DNA of 34,735 nt from Promethearchaeota archaeon (lineage in GTDB: Archaea > Asgardarchaeota > Thorarchaeia > Thorarchaeales > Thorarchaeaceae), in contig JBHLPB010000001.1 in assembly GCA_048939905.1 (NCBI GenBank), forward strand, positions 1 through 34,735. The letters run 5' to 3'. The translations under genes and the position numbers were made by a program. This document shows positions 8,121-16,400 of the stretch, piece after piece. Position 1 is the first letter of the stretch; each line of letters opens with the position of its first letter. Under the pieces are notes generated by a model, which was not told the DNA's origin, ran no database searches, and saw only the letters and a list, made by a program, of their open reading frames with translations.

Positions 8121-9437
8121 ATGAAGAAAGTGCTTTGTTTGGGTGCAGGTCTGGTTGCCCGTCCCTATGTACAATACCTTACTGACCACGGCTTTCATGT
8201 GAAAGTTGCAAGCAGAACCAAGAGCAAGGCAGACCGCCTTGTCGAAGGCTGCAAGAACACTGAAACTGTAGCTTTCAACATAAAGACCGATGACGATCTT
8301 CTTGACAAACTGATTGCGGAAGCTGACTTGGCATGTTCTCTTCTTCCATATACCTTCCATGTAAAAGCAGCAAGAATCGCGATTGAACACGCGACCCCCT
8401 TCTGCACCACATCGTACATCTCACCGGAAATGAAGGAGCTAGACGAGGCGGCTAGATCTGCCGGAATTCCAATCCTCAACGAGTGTGGTGTTGACCCAGG
8501 GATAGATCACATGAGTGCCATGAGAATCATAGACCATGTTCACAATCAAGACGGCAAGATTCGAAGCTTCACATCCTTTACTGGAGGTCTCCCTGCTCCT
8601 GAAGCTAATAACAATCCCTTTGGATACAAACTGTCCTGGAGTCCTAGAGGAGTTCTGTTGGCGGGTCGCAATGACGCTCATTTCCTTCGTGGCGGTAAAG
8701 AAGTCAAAATCCCGGGAGCTGAACTCTTCGACAATTACGAGATAATGGAAGTTCCCGGAATAGGGAAGTTTGAGGGCTATCCTAATCGTGACAGCATGTC
8801 ATTCATCGACACATACGGAATCCATGAAACTGATACCATGTTACGAGGGACCTTTAGGAATCTTGGCTGGTGTGGCACACTCAAGAAGATTGCCGACCTT
8901 GGTCTTCTATCACTCGACGAGCAGAATCTCGGTGGAATGACTTTCGCTGACATGATGTACAATCTAGTCAACGACAGAAAGACAGACCTTCGAAACAGCG
9001 TTTCAAACAAGATCGGACTCAAGAGCGATGATCCCATAATCTCACGGTTCGAGTGGCTTGGACTCTTCAGCAACCAACAGGTCCCAGATGGTATCAACAC
9101 ACATCTTGACGCACTCTGTAATCTGTTCGAACAGAAACTGCAGTATGCTCCTGGTGAGAGGGACATGATAGTGATGCATCACGAGTTCATAGCCGAATAC
9201 CCAGACAGGAAAGAGAAAATCACATCCACAATGATTGACTTCGGCATACCGAATGGTGATAGTTCGATGTCTAGAACCGTCGCACTGCCAGTAGCCATAG
9301 CAAGCAGAATGATTCTTGATGGATCTATGAAACTCGTTGGAGTACATCGGCCAGTGATGCCAGAGGCGTATGAGCCGATTCTCAACGAGCTGGAGAATCT
9401 AGATATCAAACTGGAGGAACGTGTAACGCCGCTTTGA
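8121..9437 (+). CDS. saccharopine dehydrogenase (L-glutamate-forming-like), SDH half of eukaryotic AASS
   Basis: Rossmann N-terminus MKKVLCLGAGLVARP. Also LLPYTFH, ECGVDPGIDHMSAM, GGLPAPEANNNPFGYKLSWSPRGVL, EGYPNRDS, MLRGTFRNLGW, RDMIVMHHEF, TVALPVAIASRMILDG. ATG 8121 preferred; the track start GTG 8100 would overlap the LKR stop by 4 nt. Confidence 0.85.
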   Translation: MKKVLCLGAGLVARPYVQYLTDHGFHVKVASRTKSKADRLVEGCKNTETVAFNIKTDDDLLDKLIAEADLACSLLPYTFHVKAARIAIEHATPFCTTSYISPEMKELDEAARSAGIPILNECGVDPGIDHMSAMRIIDHVHNQDGKIRSFTSFTGGLPAPEANNNPFGYKLSWSPRGVLLAGRNDAHFLRGGKEVKIPGAELFDNYEIMEVPGIGKFEGYPNRDSMSFIDTYGIHETDTMLRGTFRNLGWCGTLKKIADLGLLSLDEQNLGGMTFADMMYNLVNDRKTDLRNSVSNKIGLKSDDPIISRFEWLGLFSNQQVPDGINTHLDALCNLFEQKLQYAPGERDMIVMHHEFIAEYPDRKEKITSTMIDFGIPNGDSSMSRTVALPVAIASRMILDGSMKLVGVHRPVMPEAYEPILNELENLDIKLEERVTPL

Positions 9438-9476
9438 TTTGATAGACCAGACTGTTTCATATGAGCGGTGCTGAGC

Positions 9477-10151
9477 CTACTTCCCCACATGCAATTGAAT
9501 GGAAGCAAGAATCTCCTCTGCCCGCTCAGCTTCTTTCTGGACGTCCGGCACCTCTGTCTTGAGTCGATATGTGTACCCCGAGCGATTCCCATATCTCTCA
9601 AGGTGTCCCTTGCCGCCATTCCACATTCGAGCTAAGTAGGTAGAAGCAGTGCTCTTTGGCAAATCATCGTTGAATGTAGCTTGATAGATCTCAGCAACAT
9701 CCAAGGATGAGAACTTGCCATGCTTGAAAGAGGCATAGATCACTATGTGCATCTTCTCGTAGCTACTCATAGACTCGTAGCTGATTTCTTCAATCTCTGT
9801 ATCGACAACCTCTTCCCTTTCTGGTGCAAATGAATACCCTGTACTAGTTTCCAAGAAGACTTTGAACTTCTCAAACATCTCTTCAATGCTGCCGCCCTCT
9901 ACTTGGAAACTAGACTCTTCTCTCTTTGATTCGTCACGTACCACGATTCTAAAGTCAAATGGTTCTTCAGTGAGTGCAAGGATCCTCCGAAACCTAGTCA
10001 ATGCCTCATCGGGTTTGACATACTTGCACTGAAAGACTTCTCTTAGCCCAGGGCCGGAGTTATACGTGAACTCGTAGAGATACCCCGTTCTTTCCTCGGC
10101 TTTCAAAGTCTTCACCTCGACTCTATTTGACATCCATTGAAACTTTTGCAT
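9477..10151 (-). CDS. hypothetical protein with C-terminal winged-helix (MarR/ArsR-like) DNA-binding domain
   Basis: The ORF is open to 10304, but its first 51 codons are Cys/hydrophobic-rich and look non-coding. ATG at 10151 (MQKFQWMSNRVEV) or 10133 is preferred. wHTH-like C-terminus FSSLDVAEIYQATF..PKSTASTYLARMWNGGKGHLERYGNRSGYTYRL. Confidence 0.5.
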   Translation of the reverse strand: MQKFQWMSNRVEVKTLKAEERTGYLYEFTYNSGPGLREVFQCKYVKPDEALTRFRRILALTEEPFDFRIVVRDESKREESSFQVEGGSIEEMFEKFKVFLETSTGYSFAPEREEVVDTEIEEISYESMSSYEKMHIVIYASFKHGKFSSLDVAEIYQATFNDDLPKSTASTYLARMWNGGKGHLERYGNRSGYTYRLKTEVPDVQKEAERAEEILASIQLHVGK

Positions 10152-10430
10152 AAGACTGTGTTCACAACAGCCTATCAGATTTCGGCAAATAAGTGTGAGT
10201 ATGTGAATTGCCAATACCAAGATAACAGCTACATAATGCGTCTGTGGGCATTCAGAACACGTCCTATATGGGAAGAGTGTGCTGGCAGCTTGTGAGCACC
10301 CCAAACTCCAAACAAAGGCCTATTAGCGCTTAAAATCGAAAAAAGAGGGCATTCTCCATTTCTTCTGCTATTCACTAGACTATATAATTTGTGAACAGCT
10401 CAAAGAGTATTTCATACCTCTTGTTATCCC

Positions 10431-10452
10431 GTTCCACTGGAAACCAAGGGGT
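10431..10452 (+). promoter_or_regulatory. origin recognition box-like element ORB3
   Basis: GTTCCACTGGAAACCAAGGGGT; 20/22 identical to the minus-strand reading of ORB1. Lies in the ~460-bp non-coding region upstream of the wHTH gene. Confidence 0.55.
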
Positions 10453-10613
10453 AGCTTCATTCACATCATAATAGACCTTTATGAGCCCTTCTTAGTCTGC
10501 ATACGGTGATTTGGGGTCTTTTCTGTAGGGACTATTCACAGAAAGGGCGCCATTCACAGAGAAGGACTGTGAAATGTTGTAAATGCCGTGAATCTGTTGA
10601 CCTAATTTCAGGA

Positions 10614-11624
10614 CTAGATGACTGGTACTAAGTAGTCCGAGTAGTCCTCCCCAAGCACGAGTTGGTAGAAGCTCTCTTCCTTGACAACGTTACGTACTAG
10701 TTCAAGCCGTCCTCTCGCCTCAACGCGCTCGTTATTTTGGACATGCTCAGCGAAACGGCCACGATAGCTGACAAGTCTAGAAAGACCTGGCAGCTCTTCA
10801 CATCGAACAAGATACTTACATGGAGTGAATATCGAATCAGAATCGTCAGTCACGACACACCTCACAACCCGTGTGCCTTCGCATTCAAATGTGAAATCAT
10901 CGTAGCTGTGCCCTATCTCACTTGGTAGCTTGACTGCCCTGACAAAGAAATCAACTGATTCATACAACCCTTGTAGAGATTTCCCAGCTTCTATCTCCTG
11001 CAATACGGATCTCCATTTACTGTGTGCCTTCCATCTGAAGTCCAGGTGTTTCTCAAGACTTTCGCCATGATAGCGTTCGATTCCAGGGAGAGAACCATCT
11101 TTCAGTGCAGAATGAACTCTCTTTGCTGGACGCAATCCATACACAACAAGGTCAATGTCCGATTGAGAGGTACCGAGTCCAACAAGCTGAGAACCTGTGA
11201 GCCCAATCTCTGACCACCCTATGCCTGCCTTGTCAACTATGCTCTGAGCAAGAAGCCGAGATGCTCCTTCAAGAGTCGTCACGTGCGATCCCATGTCACG
11301 AAGCTGGCGTAGTCCGTCAATAGGACTTAGCACATAGGATATACAATCATTTGGAACGGCTTGGAGAACCCTACCACACTTCTCATCATGCCAAAGATAC
11401 TGTGGGTGTTTCTCACGAAGGTACTTCTCGCGTTTATCAAGATTGTATACTTTCGAGAATCGTAGTCCATCCCTTGATTGGCGGTTTCCACTCTCATCTG
11501 GAATGTATCTCAGATAGGCAATCAGTCGGTCTACTGGCTGAATGACCCCTTTCACTTCAAAAACAAGACCCTCATTGGTCATAACGAAGTAGCCCTCAAT
11601 AGGTTGGGAAGTCAGAGAGTTCAC
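10614..11624 (-). CDS. predicted nucleotidyltransferase (Pol-beta superfamily) with C-terminal OB-like domain
   Basis: 336 aa. NTase signature G-S-x10-D-x-D in GLTGSQLVGLGTSQSDIDLVVYG. The C-terminal beta-rich segment (RVVRCVVTDD...RVEARGRLELV) looks OB-like. The track start is GTG 11624; ATG 11582 (MTNEGLVFEVKG) is an alternative. Confidence 0.55.
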   Translation of the reverse strand: MNSLTSQPIEGYFVMTNEGLVFEVKGVIQPVDRLIAYLRYIPDESGNRQSRDGLRFSKVYNLDKREKYLREKHPQYLWHDEKCGRVLQAVPNDCISYVLSPIDGLRQLRDMGSHVTTLEGASRLLAQSIVDKAGIGWSEIGLTGSQLVGLGTSQSDIDLVVYGLRPAKRVHSALKDGSLPGIERYHGESLEKHLDFRWKAHSKWRSVLQEIEAGKSLQGLYESVDFFVRAVKLPSEIGHSYDDFTFECEGTRVVRCVVTDDSDSIFTPCKYLVRCEELPGLSRLVSYRGRFAEHVQNNERVEARGRLELVRNVVKEESFYQLVLGEDYSDYLVPVI

Positions 11625-11680
11625 AAGAATACAGGCACAAGGCCAACAATTAAAGAGACCCCCTCGAATACCATTGCACT

Positions 11681-12895
11681 ATGAGTGCCACATTGAAAGT
11701 GAAGCCTGATTTCAGCATCTTCGAGACCGAACCTGACCTTGCATACTTTGACTCCGCAAGTACATGTCTAGTCCCAAAGGTTGCGGTCGATGCAACCACT
11801 GAGTTTCTCAAGAGCACAGTAGCATCAGCCCGAAGAGGTGCCCATCATCTGACAGTGAAGGCAAGCAGTATGGTTGAAGACGTCCGCAATTCGCTCGCTG
11901 ACTATTTTCAGACTGACAGATCACAGGTTTCCTTCCAGAAGTCCATTCCCTCGGCAGTCGCTTCACTGGCCTATGGTCTTGACTGGAGTGCCTCCAAACG
12001 AGATAAGTTGGTCATCGCTCAGAGCGAAGAGCATTCTGTGATGGTCGCACTTCTCAGAGCGGCCCAAGTTCTGAAACTTGAAGTGCAGTTGGTTCCGGTC
12101 AATCAGGAAGGAGTTTTAGATTTCGCCGCACTTGAAGAGGCTGTGGACGACAAGACTGGAATTGTAGCTGCCAATCATGTAGCCATAGGACTCGGAACAC
12201 GAAACCCCGTTCAGAAGATTGCCGACATATCACATAACGAAGGTGCCTTGTTACTCACAGATGCAACTCAGTCAGTTGGAGTTTCAGAGGTGATACCTGC
12301 GGATCTTGGGGCCGATGTTGTTCTCTGTTCAGCCAACGTAGGACTTCTAGCACCACCCGGTCTTGCTATCCAGTGGGTTTCTGATTCGATAGGAGAAACT
12401 CATCAGCCAGGAATACTCGGAGGCTCCGCGGTCGCAAATGTCATGCTTGGGTCTTTCGAGATTGCTCTCCAGCCGGACAAGTTTGAGTCGGGAATATTGA
12501 ATGTGCCCGCAATTGCCGGTCTTGGTGCATCGTTAGAGTATCTCAGAAGTCTAAAATCTCGAAATCTCATTGAGCACATGAATCACATCTCACACCACCT
12601 AGTAAATCGTCTGAGCGAAATAGAGAGTCTGACTGTTTACGGTAATCTAGACAGTTCAAACACAATCTTGGGATTCAACGTCGGCGCAGAGGATGGTATG
12701 AATTGTCATGAGGTTGCCCTATTCCTAGATGAATTGAACATCGCGGTAAGGAGCGGGCTTGTATGCGCTCATCCACTTGTCAAGCCGCTATCTAAGGAAG
12801 GCCTCATTCAGGTGTCTCTTCATGTCTACAACTCAACTGAAGATATAGACCGGCTTGCAGACTCACTTCGGACTATCATTAGAGAGCTTCTATGA
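11681..12895 (+). CDS. class V aminotransferase / SufS-CsdA-like cysteine desulfurase homolog lacking the PLP-binding lysine
   Basis: 404 aa. Collinear with SufS: AYFDSAST, TDATQSVG (DGAQ motif), FESGILN, AVRSGLVCAHPL (catalytic Cys loop kept). The S-G-H-K Schiff-base motif reads S-A-N-V at nt 12329-12340. Confidence 0.8.
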   Translation: MSATLKVKPDFSIFETEPDLAYFDSASTCLVPKVAVDATTEFLKSTVASARRGAHHLTVKASSMVEDVRNSLADYFQTDRSQVSFQKSIPSAVASLAYGLDWSASKRDKLVIAQSEEHSVMVALLRAAQVLKLEVQLVPVNQEGVLDFAALEEAVDDKTGIVAANHVAIGLGTRNPVQKIADISHNEGALLLTDATQSVGVSEVIPADLGADVVLCSANVGLLAPPGLAIQWVSDSIGETHQPGILGGSAVANVMLGSFEIALQPDKFESGILNVPAIAGLGASLEYLRSLKSRNLIEHMNHISHHLVNRLSEIESLTVYGNLDSSNTILGFNVGAEDGMNCHEVALFLDELNIAVRSGLVCAHPLVKPLSKEGLIQVSLHVYNSTEDIDRLADSLRTIIRELL

Positions 12896-12898
12896 GTA

Positions 12899-13156
12899 CT
12901 AGCCCATTACGAAGGCAGGAGGATATGTCACAAAGTACTGGACAATGATGGCAAGAAGCACTCCACTCAAGACCAATCCCTTACCTCTCTTTGAATTAAC
13001 CTCAGTGAACCAAAGGATGGCTCCAATGAGGACCACAATTGCCGCAGACACTCTTCCAATGAATATCAGAAACTCCCAAATCTCAGCGAAATATGCCGCT
13101 ATGAGATTTGCGAAGTCTGCTAGGGGACCAAGAAGAACCAACCTCATTGGTTTCAC
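12899..13156 (-). CDS. small two-helix membrane protein (helix - basic loop - helix hairpin)
   Basis: 82-85 aa (GTG 13156 or ATG 13147). Two long hydrophobic helices separated by the loop TEVNSKRGKG. No enzymatic motifs. Confidence 0.45.
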   Translation of the reverse strand: MKPMRLVLLGPLADFANLIAAYFAEIWEFLIFIGRVSAAIVVLIGAILWFTEVNSKRGKGLVLSGVLLAIIVQYFVTYPPAFVMG

Positions 13157-13193
13157 ACAATAATAGTAACTTCCAGGTTCAGATTTAAAGTCC

Positions 13194-15017
13194 CTATAGA
13201 ACCGTGACCGATTTCGCTAGATTGCGCGGCTTGTCAGGATCGAAGCCCTTCCTTCGTGCCATATAATAACTGAATAACTGTAGCGGTATCACATAAGGTA
13301 TAGTTGAGAATTCAGGTTCAACCCCCTCAGGGATAGTGAACCAATGATTGGAGAACCCTTTGAGTTCTTCATCATCTCTTGCAATTACAGAGATGATTGA
13401 CGCCCCACGGGCTTTCATCTCCATTATATTGCCAATTATCCTGCTTCTAGTTTCATCCCTAGGTACCACGAAAATCACAGGATAATCGTCATGCACAAGG
13501 GCTATGGGTCCATGCTTTGACTGTCCTGCAGAATAGGCCTCAGCATGGTTGTAGGATATCTCCTTCAGCTTGAGGGCGCCCTCTTCAGCAGTGGCTTGGG
13601 ACACACCTCTACCCAAGAAGAGTAGACTTGGCTTATCATAAAGGAGTCCTGCCAAACGCCTAGCCCTCTCTTCATTCCTAGAGATGACCTCGGACACAAC
13701 CTCCGGCAGTCCACTAAGAAACTGTCGTTTCTTCTCAAGCACCTTATTGTCTACAAAACCAGTACGTTCGCCAAGTGCCAGTGCCAACTGAGCGAGCGTA
13801 GTCAATTGTACCATGAATGTCTTGGTGGCAGCAACCCCTATCTCCGGCCCTGCTTGAGTGAAGATTGTATGGTCTGCCATGCGTGTGATGGAGCTGCCTA
13901 TGACATTCGTAATAGCTACTACCTTTACACCAAACGATTTCGCATGCTTCACCGCCATTATTGTGTCGGTAGTTTCTCCAGACTGTGTGATTGCAATCAC
14001 AAGGTCGTCCTTGGATAGTGAATTGTAGACAGTGTCCGGAAAGTCACTTGCAAGCTCAAAACTGGGGAGGACGCCCGCAAGTGACGCGAACATATGCCTC
14101 CCTGCCATTGCGGCATGACCAGATGTGCCCATGGCTAGAAAGTAGACATTTCTCGCTGTATCGATGAACTTGGCTGCTTTCTGAATGATTTCTGGTCGAA
14201 TTCTAAGAGTGTTTCTAATTGCTTCCGGCTGTTCGTGTATCTCCTTCAGCATGAAATGTGGGAAACCACCTTTCTGGGCTTGATCCGCAGTCCAGCTAAT
14301 CTTGATGGTTTCTCTCTCTACCTCTGACCCATCAGATAGCTTTCGAATCTCTGCTCTCTCAGCGGTCAAGGTCGCCACTTCACCATCCAGAAGCAGAATC
14401 ATGTCATTAGTCATCGGCAAGAATGCCGGGATGTCTGAAGATACGTAGGTAGCTCCTTCTCTTCGTCCAATCACAAGTGGATTGCCATCACGCGTGCATA
14501 CAATCTTGCCATCGTCTTTCGATGTCATAGCGACTATTGCATAGGTTCCTTCAATCCGACGGGTGACCTCTTTGATAGCATCATCAAGGTTTAACCCCTC
14601 AGAAACATAGTCCTCAATCATGTGAGGAATCACTTCGGTGTCCGTTTCTGAGCTGAACTCATGTCCTTTTGATGTCAGCTCCCTTCTGAGTTCGAGAAAG
14701 TTGTCAATTACCCCATTATGAACTACTGCAATCTCGTTCTTGCAGTCAAAATGCGGATGTGCATTATACATGGAAGGTATTCCATGAGTGGCCCAACGGG
14801 TGTGTCCAATCCCTATGCAGCCGGGAATCTCATCGAGGTTGAGTTTCTTGTGTACTTCTTCGATCTTTCCCTTGTCCTTCTTCATGTGGAGTTGACCATT
14901 GGATATGGTTGTTACACCAACTGAGTCGTAACCTCGATACTCTAGTCTCTTGAGTGCTTGATGGAGAAATGGTGCAACTTGACCACGTTTCTGAACAACG
15001 CCGATGATTCCACACAT
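13194..15017 (-). CDS. glmS: glutamine--fructose-6-phosphate aminotransferase (isomerizing)
   Basis: 607 aa. N-terminal nucleophile MCGIIG. GHTRWATHG, two SIS domains (GTSGHAA, ITQSGETTDT). C-terminal NLAKSVTV. Confidence 0.95.
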   Translation of the reverse strand: MCGIIGVVQKRGQVAPFLHQALKRLEYRGYDSVGVTTISNGQLHMKKDKGKIEEVHKKLNLDEIPGCIGIGHTRWATHGIPSMYNAHPHFDCKNEIAVVHNGVIDNFLELRRELTSKGHEFSSETDTEVIPHMIEDYVSEGLNLDDAIKEVTRRIEGTYAIVAMTSKDDGKIVCTRDGNPLVIGRREGATYVSSDIPAFLPMTNDMILLLDGEVATLTAERAEIRKLSDGSEVERETIKISWTADQAQKGGFPHFMLKEIHEQPEAIRNTLRIRPEIIQKAAKFIDTARNVYFLAMGTSGHAAMAGRHMFASLAGVLPSFELASDFPDTVYNSLSKDDLVIAITQSGETTDTIMAVKHAKSFGVKVVAITNVIGSSITRMADHTIFTQAGPEIGVAATKTFMVQLTTLAQLALALGERTGFVDNKVLEKKRQFLSGLPEVVSEVISRNEERARRLAGLLYDKPSLLFLGRGVSQATAEEGALKLKEISYNHAEAYSAGQSKHGPIALVHDDYPVIFVVPRDETRSRIIGNIMEMKARGASIISVIARDDEELKGFSNHWFTIPEGVEPEFSTIPYVIPLQLFSYYMARRKGFDPDKPRNLAKSVTVL

Positions 15018-15104
15018 GTATTCTAAGGACTCCTAGCTCTACAAATAGGTAAGCCACATCTGGAAGAATTCACAAAAAGGGTTTTGTGTTCAGTCAGGAC
15101 CGTC

Positions 15105-15416
15105 CTAGCCCGTAAGTTCAATCTCGATATAGACAGAATCTGGAATCCGCACCCGCATTATCTGCCTAATCGCTCTCTCATCTGCATCGATGTCAATAAG
15201 TCGCTTGTGAACTCGCATCTCCCATTTGTCCCAAGACTCAGAACCCTGTCCGCATGGAGTCTTTCGTGTGGGAATGACCATTCTTCTTGTAGGTAGAGGT
15301 ATCGGACCAGACATACGGACTCCTGTCTTGCGGGTGATACGCCTGATTTGAGTACAAACACCATCAAGGTGTTCGGTGCTTGTGCTTGACAGTCTAATCC
15401 GTGCTTTCTGAGTCAT
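15105..15416 (-). CDS. rps10: 30S ribosomal protein uS10
   Basis: [18 protein letters not shown]...GPIPLPT...HKRLIDI is the uS10 pattern. ATG 15416 is preferred over the in-frame GTG at 15428. A TATA-like ATAAAAAG (plus-strand reading) lies at 15469-15476 upstream. Confidence 0.9.
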   Translation of the reverse strand: MTQKARIRLSSTSTEHLDGVCTQIRRITRKTGVRMSGPIPLPTRRMVIPTRKTPCGQGSESWDKWEMRVHKRLIDIDADERAIRQIMRVRIPDSVYIEIELTG

Positions 15417-15556
15417 AACCAGGTCCACTCCATAGGTAGGCTGGACATCGCAACGGAATTAGATTCGGATAAAAAGGTTGTCTTATGTGTTGACCTGAGA
15501 AGTCCTATCTATACCAACGGCAATGTCCATAAGGCCGTACAATACAACGCGAACGC

Positions 15557-16360
15557 GTGTCAGACTTGAATAATCTCGTGATTGTGAAACTGGGAGGATC
15601 AGTCATAACTCACAAGGAATCTTCTCCACCAACAGTTAACAAGGACAACGTATATCGCATCGCTCGTGAACTGCGAACCCACGATGGTGAGCTTATTGTT
15701 GTACTTGGGGGGGGCGCTCACGGCCACCAAGCGGCTCACAAGTATGGTTTCGGAAAGAAATCAACAATTCGAGAAGTTCTGTTAGAAGGAGTTTCTCCAA
15801 TCCGTCATAGCATGACAGTTCTCTCTCTTGAGATTGAACAGATCCTAAACCGTGAAGGCGTCCGAGCGGTCGTACTCCCTCCATTCACCATGGTGACACT
15901 GCAAGACCGGAAGATTGCGGATTTCCCAACCGAGATGATTCAGAGAACCCTTGACTCAGGGCTGGTTGCAGTAACACACGGTGATGTCTGCTTCGACAAC
16001 ATACTTGGTGCTTCAATTCTAAGCGGAGACACAATCGCAGTGTATCTTGCAAAGGAAATGAAGGCAAGAGCACTCTATATTGGAACCGATGTGGATGGAG
16101 TCCTTGAGGATGACCCCCGAGTCAATCCGAAGGCCAAACATATCGAAGTCATTGACACTTCTAGATGGAATGCGATCATAGCAAAGACCGGGCCTTCATC
16201 GGCTACTGATGTGACTGGGGGAATGAAGAAGAAGCTCAATGAGATTTCCACGCTGGTTGAACTAGATATCGACATTGCTATCTTCAACCTCGGTGTTTCC
16301 AATCGTCTCTCATCATTACTCTCTGGAGCTTCCACAGTATGTACGAGAATCCAGATTTAG
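15557..16360 (+). CDS. isopentenyl phosphate kinase (amino-acid-kinase fold, archaeal mevalonate pathway)
   Basis: 267 aa with GTG start. VKLGGSVIT, LGGGAHGH, THGDV, SGDTIAVYLAKEMKA, GTDVDGVL, DVTGGMKKK. Collinear with the M. jannaschii IPK as I recall it. Confidence 0.85.
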   Translation: MSDLNNLVIVKLGGSVITHKESSPPTVNKDNVYRIARELRTHDGELIVVLGGGAHGHQAAHKYGFGKKSTIREVLLEGVSPIRHSMTVLSLEIEQILNREGVRAVVLPPFTMVTLQDRKIADFPTEMIQRTLDSGLVAVTHGDVCFDNILGASILSGDTIAVYLAKEMKARALYIGTDVDGVLEDDPRVNPKAKHIEVIDTSRWNAIIAKTGPSSATDVTGGMKKKLNEISTLVELDIDIAIFNLGVSNRLSSLLSGASTVCTRIQI

Positions 16361-16400
16361 ACCCAGAAAGCCCGCTTCGATTCTTGTTCCCGATAGTCTA

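Noticed and set aside
9477-10304. Full 275-aa version of the wHTH ORF, and the overlapping 146-aa ORF 9179-9619
   Set aside because: The first 51 codons (Cys-rich, hydrophobic, no homology pattern) extend into the ORB-containing intergenic DNA, so an internal ATG is more plausible. ORF 9179-9619 is antisense or out of frame to two good genes.
15105-15428. rps10 not preceded by tuf (EF-1alpha), as is common in archaea
   Set aside because: This is a real synteny break, but such rearrangements are frequent. Nothing in the sequence suggests a functional consequence.
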